Below are positions 18,888 through 26,308 of a DNA stretch of 64,000 bases, piece by piece. The translations under genes and the position numbers were made by a program. The notes beneath the pieces were generated by a model. That model did no database searches. It was not told the origin of the DNA and saw nothing but the letters and a program-made list of their open reading frames with translations. Position 1 is the stretch's first letter. Every line of letters starts with the position of its first letter. Source of the DNA: Candidatus Ozemobacteraceae bacterium. GTDB lineage: Bacteria > Muiribacteriota > Ozemobacteria > Ozemobacterales > Ozemobacteraceae. The stretch lies in NCBI GenBank assembly GCA_965140445.1, contig OZ223236.1, positions 3,456,001 to 3,520,000 of the forward strand. The letters are read 5' to 3'.

Positions 18888-19343
18888 TCATTTTTCATTT
18901 TTCTTTTCAAAATATTCTTTATAATACTTTTTGAGTTTTTCATATTTATCTTTGGCAATAAATTCAATTGAATTTTCTGGTGGATTCAACTTTCCATTTA
19001 CCCGAATTTCTCCATACAAAATCCTTGTAATTAGATAGAAAACGTTTCCTCCAAGCATCCGTTCAACATTATAATCAATGTACATGAAGTTTTTTAATTC
19101 AGTGGTTTGAGTATTTTCGTTGGTTTCATTAACAATTGTAGTTGAAGCCGTAACATCAATAAAATATGTCATATTTGCTGATGTAGCGACATCATTGAAA
19201 TACTGTAAAAGCACTTTTTTATTTAAAATGTCAAAATGATTTGAATTTGAAGCAATTTGTGAAAAGACTGGTGAGTAAGCCTGGTTAATAAATAGGAAAA
19301 CAAAGAAAACTAAGTAAGGAAATTTCATTGTCGGAGTTTCCAT
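18888..19343 (-). CDS. Cassette putative exported protein (151 aa)
   Basis: Signal-peptide-like N-terminus. Confidence 0.7.
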   Translation of the reverse strand: METPTMKFPYLVFFVFLFINQAYSPVFSQIASNSNHFDILNKKVLLQYFNDVATSANMTYFIDVTASTTIVNETNENTQTTELKNFMYIDYNVERMLGGNVFYLITRILYGEIRVNGKLNPPENSIEFIAKDKYEKLKKYYKEYFEKKNEK

Positions 19344-19350
19344 TTTATTT

Positions 19351-19452
19351 CTCTAACGCCTGTCATGACCGGAAATGAGAGACGGGCACGGGTGTTGCGC
19401 AAGCAAGACCCGTGATCCGGCCTCATTTTCCGCGTCGATGCATTTGTTGGGC
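19351..19452 (-). repeat. attC site, family A variant
   Basis: ctctaac...gttgggc. Confidence 0.9.
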
Positions 19453-20142
19453 TTTTATTTTTTTTAATTCCTTAAATTCAGTTAAACTTCTTGCCATACT
19501 TTCGATAGTCGGAATTTCTTTCATGAAAATTGCCATTTTAAAAGATGTGTCGAAATACTCTTCAACAACGTTAATCACCAATCGTTTTGGTTCAATCTCT
19601 AACCTCCAGTTTGCTTGACGGAAGTAAGAAAATGAGTTTTCGCTCTCAGAAATAATAAATCCCTTCTCTAAAAACTCATTTAGTTTGGTTGAGTAGTATT
19701 GGCCCTGAGGTAGCATAATTTGTTGAGGATAATTAAAATCATTACTTTCTGTGGCGCTTTTAAGAAATTCTTGGATTGGATTACTGAAATTTATGAATTC
19801 AACATTCACTTTTTTGTATTCAGAAAACTCATTCTTTTTCATTGAGTTTAGAAATCCGTGCTCAGGAATTATTACGACATAGTAACCAGAATATGGGACT
19901 CTACTTCTGAAATATATTTCTTTAATTGAATTTGATGGAACATACATTTTGATGATTTTAAAACCCATTAATCCGCCATCCACAGCTTGATTAGGAATGA
20001 AAATTTCAACCCTGCTATACCAAGTAATAGCTGGAAGCATACTTTCTGGGACATTAACAAAATCACAGCCAAAGGACGCTTTGGTTGAAAACAGAATAAT
20101 GCAAATAAGAATGGAAATTTGATATATTATTTTGGTTTTCAT
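19423..20142 (-). CDS. Cassette putative exported protein (239 aa); last codons run into attC
   Basis: Signal peptide ending KASFG-C; R'' is GCCCAAC, so it supplies no stop. Confidence 0.7.
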   Translation of the reverse strand: MKTKIIYQISILICIILFSTKASFGCDFVNVPESMLPAITWYSRVEIFIPNQAVDGGLMGFKIIKMYVPSNSIKEIYFRSRVPYSGYYVVIIPEHGFLNSMKKNEFSEYKKVNVEFINFSNPIQEFLKSATESNDFNYPQQIMLPQGQYYSTKLNEFLEKGFIISESENSFSYFRQANWRLEIEPKRLVINVVEEYFDTSFKMAIFMKEIPTIESMARSLTEFKELKKIKAQQMHRRGK

Positions 20143-20149
20143 TTTATGA

Positions 20150-20285
20150 GCCCAACGCTAGTCGTGACCGGACGCCGAATGACGCCATCGGCAAATGAGG
20201 GAATCGGGACTGGCGAAAAAGTTGCAGGACTTTGTGCAACTTTTTTGATCAGGACCGACGTTCCGAGTCGACGCGCTTGTTATAT
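20150..20285 (-). repeat. attC site, family B
   Basis: gcccaac...gttatat. Confidence 0.93.
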
Positions 20286-20583
20286 TTGCATTAATTTTAA
20301 TACTAATTTTTAATCCTCACGTAAATTTGATTGTATCATAAGCCTATAAAGCTCTGACAGCCTCAATTTAATCTGTAAAAACTATAGTTTCAAAAACACA
20401 AAGCCAGGAAGCGTTGGCGCGGGCTTTGCTTCTCCCGGAAGTCAGAAAAGCACGTGACAAAAGCTTGCTGGCAGCCAATTAGCACAACAAACACAATTTC
20501 ATTGTTTTAAATAAAAATAACCCCTGTTAAACCGCTCACAATCAAATCATCTCTTATAAACTTTTTAGTATCAATTTAGGCAA
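20286..20583. other. ORF-less cassette, copy 3 (first cassette after attI)
   Basis: Differs from copy 1 by about 5 substitutions and 1 indel; core 20403-20472. Confidence 0.85.
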
Positions 20584-20612
20584 ATATAACAGTTATTTTT
20601 ATACCTATTCCA
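20584..20612 (-). other. Putative attI site
   Basis: Minus strand GGAATAGGTATAAAAATAACT-GTTATAT: last R core of the array with no attC arm upstream. Confidence 0.65.
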
Positions 20613-20616
20613 CGTT

Positions 20617-20648
20617 TTTATATTAGGTCTTAGAAAACTATCAATCAA
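20617..20648 (-). promoter_or_regulatory. Candidate cassette promoter Pc
   Basis: Minus strand TTGATA-N16-TATAAA (alternatively TTGATT-N17-TAATAT) just upstream of attI. Confidence 0.4.
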
Positions 20649-20827
20649 GTTAATTAAATGGGGGGAAATTTGAAAGAAAGCGGGGGATTTTGAGGTATAA
20701 TATGCTCAAATTTATTGTTATGTGGAGTTGGTATAATTATGGGTTTCCAGCTATTTTAGCTTTTTTACCCATTTTTTTTGATAAGTTGAAACAAATCTGA
20801 CTCGAATAATAAAGAGACTTATTCTCT

Positions 20828-21403
20828 TTAGTCCAGTTCCTCAAAATCGTACTCGACCTCGTCTGACAGATCTTCTAAATCATCGTGGGTTTCTTCAGGG
20901 TAGTTTTCCTGGTCGGCTTCGGTATTTTGGATCAGGCATTCCCTGTTTTTGGTGGTGGCGTGAAAAATCCAGCCGCCGAGAATGGCCAGAATTGCGATTA
21001 CAACTCCAGTGAAAGCCCAAAAAGCGCCCACTTTAAAATTTAAGGCGTCAGCAAAAATCAGGGGAACAGATCGGAACCAGCCATCAGCGCCTTTTTCTGC
21101 GCCGAGTTCAAGGGCTTTTTTGTCGTAAATGATGATTATTTCGAGAGTGAGGAAAAATGCGGAAAACATTGCGGCGAAGAAGCTTTCAAAATGTCTTTTA
21201 AACATAATCAGAAAAGCCCCAAGAAGAGAGGCAAACATAACTGGAAGACCTACACCGCAGGTAATCCAATTGGTTTTGGTGATGGGAAGAAAATTTATAA
21301 ATGTGGACATGGTTAGCATCAAAAAGCCTGCAACAGCAATTCCTTCAGCCATACCATAGTTTATCAGTGGTTTTTCTGATGTCGATTTTGAGTACTGATC
21401 CAT
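20828..21403 (-). CDS. Membrane protein with acidic C-terminal tail
   Basis: Four hydrophobic segments. Confidence 0.75.
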   Translation of the reverse strand: MDQYSKSTSEKPLINYGMAEGIAVAGFLMLTMSTFINFLPITKTNWITCGVGLPVMFASLLGAFLIMFKRHFESFFAAMFSAFFLTLEIIIIYDKKALELGAEKGADGWFRSVPLIFADALNFKVGAFWAFTGVVIAILAILGGWIFHATTKNRECLIQNTEADQENYPEETHDDLEDLSDEVEYDFEELD

Positions 21404-21505
21404 TTTAGCTCCAAGATTACAATTAAAAATTAGCTTAATTTCTCAGGGATCATTAGTCAATAAAGAACTAAAAAATCCTCAGAAATCAGATTTAAAAAAG
21501 TGAGA

Positions 21506-22105
21506 TTATACTTCTAAGAGTCTTCTTAAACAGTTGTTTTCAAGTGCCTTTGTTGGGGCACCCTTTACCCCACCCTTTTCAAAGCTGATATCTAAAACAA
21601 GCTTCGGAGTTTTTACCGGAGTTACTATTTTAAGAAATTTCTTTTTCTTAACAGTTATAAATTCCAGATAGCCAAGCTTATTTAATTCCTCCAGGATTTT
21701 TTGAACCTGTTTAGTCGGATAACCCACCCTTTCAGAGATGTCTTCGATGGGACAATCCAACAAACGATCTGCTGGTTTTCCTGCTTCAAAATCCAGTTCA
21801 ATCAATTTTTTAAATACGGGCCAACCTTCTGGACCAATCTTTTCATTCAGAAAAAGTGGCAAACCTGAATACTCAAGCCATTTGGGAAATCTAAAGCACA
21901 TTTTTGGCTGTTCAACAGTCGCTGAACCCTGGGCTTTCCCTTGATTCAAAAATGCACTCAAATCTTCTTCTCTAACGCGCCAGTCGCTTCCGACCTTAAC
22001 TCCAGGGATTTTCTTATTTCTTAACCATCTTCTTAGAACTTCAGTATTTAAGTTCAATATTTTTGATACTTCTTTTAATGTTAAAAGCCGCGATTGATCG
22101 GACAT
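21506..22105 (-). CDS. Excisionase-like HTH (HTH_17) protein with a second winged-helix-like domain
   Basis: LLTLKEVSKILNLNTEVLRRWLRNKKIPGVKVGSDWRV. Confidence 0.85.
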   Translation of the reverse strand: MSDQSRLLTLKEVSKILNLNTEVLRRWLRNKKIPGVKVGSDWRVREEDLSAFLNQGKAQGSATVEQPKMCFRFPKWLEYSGLPLFLNEKIGPEGWPVFKKLIELDFEAGKPADRLLDCPIEDISERVGYPTKQVQKILEELNKLGYLEFITVKKKKFLKIVTPVKTPKLVLDISFEKGGVKGAPTKALENNCLRRLLEV

Positions 22106-22131
22106 CTATAGTGACCCCTTAATTTTTCTCA

Positions 22132-22160
22132 ATAATAGCATGCACGCAGAGTAGTATCAA
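22132..22160 (-). promoter_or_regulatory. sigma70-type promoter for the HTH gene
   Basis: TTGATA-N17-TATTAT with extended TG. Confidence 0.6.
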
Positions 22161-22181
22161 GGAAAATGCTCTTCTTTTTTC

Positions 22182-22210
22182 TTTACAGCGGTTGAAAAAG
22201 CAATTATGAT
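22182..22210 (+). promoter_or_regulatory. sigma70-type promoter for the DUF364 operon
   Basis: TTTACA-N17-TATGAT. Confidence 0.6.
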
Positions 22211-22257
22211 AAGACTTTGTGCTACTATATATTACTTTGTAAAGTTTGAGGATACAT

Positions 22258-23049
22258 ATGTCACTTATTCTTGATTCAATTAAATCAACAATTCCCGAAG
22301 CCTACTTTTCAGAGCCGATAACCAATCTTGCCGCCTATGCACACTTTACGGTTCTAAAATCAAAAAGACTCGGTCTAAGCATGACGCTTAATGACGACAG
22401 AATATTTGAATTCAAAGGACCTGGAACCATACATTCTCTTGGCTCTATTGAAACCGTTGGACTTAAGACCATCATGGAATGGACCAATTCTTTACATGGC
22501 ATAGAAAGATCGTTTGCAATTGCAGCTATAAACAGCTGTATACCCCTAAGTGGTAAAAGATATTTTCAGGGTAACGCATTAGAAATCGCTCGAATTCTTG
22601 GCCAGAACAAAAATGTCGTTGTAGTTGGGCACTTCCCAAACATGGATAAAATAAAGGAAGCTGCCGCTAAATTTACCATCCTTGAGAAAAGACCTAAGGA
22701 AGGCGATCTTCCGGCTGAAGACGCACATAAAGTTATTCCTGAAGCCGATGTTGTTGCCTTAACCGGAGTAACTTGCCTTAATGATACTATTGAAGGACTA
22801 TTGGCCCTGAAAAAGCCTGGCGCGAAATTTATTGTTTTAGGCCCTACTGTCCCTTTAAGCAGTGTCCTGTTTAATTTCGGTGTTGATATAATTGGCGGCG
22901 CATGGGTGACTGACGAAAAAGACACCATCAAAATGGTTTCTCAAGGCGCAACAGCAAGATATGTTGATAGTATTAAAAATGTTTTGTATCCTAAAGACCC
23001 AGAACTTCTGAATGGTTTTGAAGAGATTGAGCCCCCGGATAATTATTAA
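22258..23049 (+). CDS. DUF364 / Rossmann-like putative metal-chelation protein
   Basis: VVVVGHFP, LPAEDA..IPEADVVALTG.T.LN.T, LGPTVPL. Confidence 0.8.
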   Translation: MSLILDSIKSTIPEAYFSEPITNLAAYAHFTVLKSKRLGLSMTLNDDRIFEFKGPGTIHSLGSIETVGLKTIMEWTNSLHGIERSFAIAAINSCIPLSGKRYFQGNALEIARILGQNKNVVVVGHFPNMDKIKEAAAKFTILEKRPKEGDLPAEDAHKVIPEADVVALTGVTCLNDTIEGLLALKKPGAKFIVLGPTVPLSSVLFNFGVDIIGGAWVTDEKDTIKMVSQGATARYVDSIKNVLYPKDPELLNGFEEIEPPDNY

Positions 23050-23055
23050 ATAAAC

Positions 23056-23679
23056 ATGGGAAACCCAGATTGGAAAAATGAATCAGGCGATCATTTTCAA
23101 CAGCACGCTAAAAATAATCTCCTGGAAATTTATCCATGGTTGTTGCAAGACTGCCTTGATCTGTTTGGCGACCTGACGGAAAAAGAGATTCTGGAAATTG
23201 GCGGCGGACCTGGCTACATGGCGAGCCACTTCCTCAAAAATGGAGTTAAGAAATTAATCGAAGCAGACCTTTCCAACGGAATGCTGAGCAAATCAAAAAT
23301 CCTGAACCATGATCCCAGAATTCATTTTCTACAGGCAAATGCATGCTATCTGCCCCTAAAAGAAAAGACTTTTGATCTTGTATTTAGCCGGGGCTCGATT
23401 TTTTTCTGGGAAGATTTGCATCGGGCGTTTGTGGAAATCCGCAGACTTTTAAAGCCTCGTGGGATGGCGATTCTAGGTGGTGGATTCGGGTTAAACACTC
23501 CAGATGAAATTCTGGACAGAATTAAAAGTGCAAAATCTGGCAGTAAGCCTAAGCTGGATTTGGACAAACTTCTTAAATTAGCTAACAGTCTGGGTGGAAA
23601 AGCTCAAATTTTAAACAAAAAGGGAAAAGGCTTCTGGCTAGTCTGGCAGCCGAATCTTCTGGAGAACTTAAATGAATAG
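23056..23679 (+). CDS. Class I SAM-dependent methyltransferase
   Basis: ILEIGGGPG; FDLVFSRGSIFFW; LKPRG. Confidence 0.88.
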   Translation: MGNPDWKNESGDHFQQHAKNNLLEIYPWLLQDCLDLFGDLTEKEILEIGGGPGYMASHFLKNGVKKLIEADLSNGMLSKSKILNHDPRIHFLQANACYLPLKEKTFDLVFSRGSIFFWEDLHRAFVEIRRLLKPRGMAILGGGFGLNTPDEILDRIKSAKSGSKPKLDLDKLLKLANSLGGKAQILNKKGKGFWLVWQPNLLENLNE

Positions 23680-24229
23680 CGCATTTCTATTTTTCTTTAA
23701 AGGCGGCGGACCACTTATGTATCCCCTTGCCTTGTTGGGCCTGGTTATATTTACATTAGGTATTTACCAGCTATTCTACATCGTTAAATGTAAGCTCAAG
23801 ATTACTAACAATAAGAATTCAAGATGTGCTTTTTATTGGGCCAGAAAAGCCTACCAGATGTCAGAAAACGGAGTTGGTTTTAAGGAAGCAACCCTTATTG
23901 AGTCGCTGGAAATTTGTTTGTCTAAAGTGGAAGAACAGATGAATAGAAAAGTCTCCACCATGAGATTTTGCGGACAGATCAGTACACTTATGGGCTTTCT
24001 TGGAACTGTTACCGGAATGGTAAAAACATTTCAATCCGTTGCTGAAAAGGGTATTGCAACCCCAGCTCTATTGGCGGGCGGAATTTACGAAGCCTTGTTT
24101 ACCACAATTTTTGGCCTGGTAATTGCCATTATTGCAGCTGGCTTTGCCCATCTTATTGAGAGCATTACCCGCTATAGAATTAGAAACCTCGAAACTGAAA
24201 TTCTCAAAAATCTGGAAGAAAGTAAATGA
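23672..24229 (+). CDS. exbB: MotA/TolQ/ExbB proton channel
   Basis: GGPLMYPL; LMGFLGTVTGM; GIYEALFTTIFGL. Confidence 0.88.
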   Translation: MNSAFLFFFKGGGPLMYPLALLGLVIFTLGIYQLFYIVKCKLKITNNKNSRCAFYWARKAYQMSENGVGFKEATLIESLEICLSKVEEQMNRKVSTMRFCGQISTLMGFLGTVTGMVKTFQSVAEKGIATPALLAGGIYEALFTTIFGLVIAIIAAGFAHLIESITRYRIRNLETEILKNLEESK

Positions 24230-24633
24230 GTCTTCGCAAGTCAAAAAGTAATCCAGCTCCGATTATTGATCTCACCGGGGCTTCAGATATTATTTTTACG
24301 CTTTTGCTTTTTTATATTTTAACCCAGAATTTTTTGCCATCAATCAAAGTGGATTTACCGAACCTGCATTCACAAACTCAACAAAGTGAAACGGCTCTGG
24401 TTATTCAAGTTAGTCAGACAGGAACAATTTCAACCAATGAAAAAACAATCAGATCAGAATTCCTGCTTGAGGACTTAAAAACAATAATTGAATCTAAGCC
24501 CGCCTCTTCCAGCATAACTATTCTTACCGATAAAGAAGCTCCGGCTGGAGTAAACATTCGAATTCTTGATGCACTTCAAATGCTGGGAGCAAAAAAGGTA
24601 TTATTTCAAGGTAAACCATCATCTGATGATTAA
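24226..24633 (+). CDS. exbD: ExbD/TolR protein
   Basis: IDLTGASDIIFTLLLFY; VDLP. Confidence 0.85.
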   Translation: MSLRKSKSNPAPIIDLTGASDIIFTLLLFYILTQNFLPSIKVDLPNLHSQTQQSETALVIQVSQTGTISTNEKTIRSEFLLEDLKTIIESKPASSSITILTDKEAPAGVNIRILDALQMLGAKKVLFQGKPSSDD

Positions 24634-25459
24634 GAATTTTTTTATACTTCTTATCGCATTAGTTCTGGAGATTGCCCTGGTTTCATTTATTGGAAATTAT
24701 CTGCAGGTAAATCCAACTGCCCCTAAACCTGTTTTAATTGAACTTTCTCTGGATTCGGCTCCCACTTCATTACCTCCAAAGGTAAAAGCCCCACCTCCTG
24801 AAAAAAAAGTTCTTACCCCTACCCCAAAACCCATGCCTGAACCAGAACCTAAGCCGGTGATTAAAAAAGTTGAAGAAAAGCCAAAGCTAAAGGTAGTTAA
24901 AAAGCCTTTGCCGAAGGTTAATAAACCAAAGCCAAAAAGAATAAAAAAAATACAACCCAAATTAGTTAAAAAACCTCTCTTAGCTCCCCCAAAAGCCTTG
25001 GTAAAAAAGATCTCCCGGGAACTACCTAATGAATTCAGCAGGAAACCAGTCCCCAAAACTACTGAAGAAAATGGCATAAAACATAAAGTAGTTTCAGATT
25101 CGAAAGAAAAAAACACAAACTCAGAATCTTCAATCGCTACTGATCCTAAAACCACCCTATCAAATGCTCTTGAAATTAAATCAAATCAGGAATATCTAAA
25201 ACGGATTTTTACCATCATTGCCAGAAACAAAAAATATCCTTCGCTAGCACGTAGAAGAGGCATAGAAGGCACAGTAATGGTGGAATTTTCTGTCAATCAA
25301 CAGGGAAAACCTATTGGAATAAAAAACACCAATAAAGCCAGTTCACAGTTGGTTAAGGCCGCTATAAATACAATTAAGCGAGGAAGATTTCCAACGCCTC
25401 CAGACTCATGGGACCCAAACGCAAGAATTGAAATCCCAATGAAATATAGTCTCAGGTAA
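24626..25459 (+). CDS. tonB: Energy transducer TonB
   Basis: N-terminal TM, Pro/Lys-rich linker, YPSLARRRGIEGTV. Confidence 0.88.
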   Translation: MIKNFFILLIALVLEIALVSFIGNYLQVNPTAPKPVLIELSLDSAPTSLPPKVKAPPPEKKVLTPTPKPMPEPEPKPVIKKVEEKPKLKVVKKPLPKVNKPKPKRIKKIQPKLVKKPLLAPPKALVKKISRELPNEFSRKPVPKTTEENGIKHKVVSDSKEKNTNSESSIATDPKTTLSNALEIKSNQEYLKRIFTIIARNKKYPSLARRRGIEGTVMVEFSVNQQGKPIGIKNTNKASSQLVKAAINTIKRGRFPTPPDSWDPNARIEIPMKYSLR

Positions 25460-25470
25460 ACCAAAAGAAT

Positions 25471-25510
25471 AAAAAAAAGGCGGCTTCGCAAAATGCGAAG
25501 CCGCCTTTTT
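25471..25510. terminator. Bidirectional intrinsic terminator
   Basis: A8-ggcggcttcgca-aaa-tgcgaagccgcc-T5 between convergent operons. Confidence 0.88.
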
Positions 25511-25519
25511 ATATATTTT

Positions 25520-26308
25520 CTATTTCATTTTTCTTTTGGTGAATTCATCCACGAAAAATGATGCTACATGCTCTGCAAATTTTCCAGGACCAAAACCTGC
25601 ATCATAGCCGAGCTCTTTGGCCAATTCATTTGTAATTCTGGGACCGCCGGCGATAAGAATAACCTTATCCCTTAAATTGGCAGCTTCAAGGAGTTCAACC
25701 AGTTCAACAAGGTTCCCGACATGAACATCTTTTTGCGTAACCGTTTGTGAAACCAGCAAAACATCTGCTTTCAATTCTATGGCTTTCTTAACAAAGTCCT
25801 CGTTCGGAACCTGACTACCCAGATTATAAGCTTCAATCATAGAGTAGCGCTCAAGACCATAGTGTCCGGCATAACCTTTCATGTTCATAACGGCATCAAT
25901 ACCTACAGTATGAGCATCTGTACCGGTACTTGCACCAACAACTACCAGTTTACGTTTGATATTCTTTTCAATGTATTCATCAACGCCGTGCATATCCATT
26001 ATTTCAGAATCAATAACGCTGACTTTTATTGAAGTTACATCGATAGACTGGTTCAAGCTCCCATAAACCACAAAGAAAGTAAATTCTTTATCAAGAGCTT
26101 CGTGATGGGAGACCCCAACATCGGTTAGACCCATTTGCATTGCAAGTCGCTTGGCGGCCTCAACAGCTCTTTCATCATCTTTAATTGGAAGAGTAAAGCT
26201 AACCTGGACTTTACCATCGTTCATGGTATCGCCATAGGGCTTAACTTTGGTTAAATCAAGTTTCTGATCAAAATCTTTAACCTTCATTGAATATAATCCG
26301 CTGCTCAT
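25520..26308 (-). CDS. kamE: Lysine 5,6-aminomutase beta subunit (B12-binding)
   Basis: MSSGLYS..KPYGDTMNDGKVQ; TDAHTVGID; YAGHYGLE. Confidence 0.95.
   Translation of the reverse strand: MSSGLYSMKVKDFDQKLDLTKVKPYGDTMNDGKVQVSFTLPIKDDERAVEAAKRLAMQMGLTDVGVSHHEALDKEFTFFVVYGSLNQSIDVTSIKVSVIDSEIMDMHGVDEYIEKNIKRKLVVVGASTGTDAHTVGIDAVMNMKGYAGHYGLERYSMIEAYNLGSQVPNEDFVKKAIELKADVLLVSQTVTQKDVHVGNLVELVELLEAANLRDKVILIAGGPRITNELAKELGYDAGFGPGKFAEHVASFFVDEFTKRKMK

Larger units (their letters stand above)
1..20590 (-). mobile_element. Integron gene-cassette array (25 cassettes visible, continues beyond left edge), no adjacent intI
   Basis: Single minus-strand ORFs alternate with imperfect palindromes of canonical attC layout on the minus strand: RYYTAAC-5nt-CGTCGAC(L'')...GGTCACG(L')-6nt-GTTRRRY. 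The two ends of most cassettes are complementary. Confidence 0.95.

Noticed and set aside
1546..18967. ORFs crossing attC sites (1546..1782, 3136..3399, 3215..3454, 15886..16086, 18641..18880, 18749..18967) and the N-terminal extensions of 14329..15213 and 17019..18410
   Set aside because: The GC-rich palindromes lack stops in some frames; these ORFs cross cassette boundaries and are not conserved between copies.
387..20285. Repeats as a CRISPR array or REP/BIME elements
   Set aside because: Repeats are 55-136 bp with attC R/L boxes and are separated by gene-sized units; no cas genes seen.
21506..22105. HTH gene as the integron integrase or a prophage marker
   Set aside because: Only 199 aa, no R-H-R-Y recombinase motifs, and no phage genes nearby.
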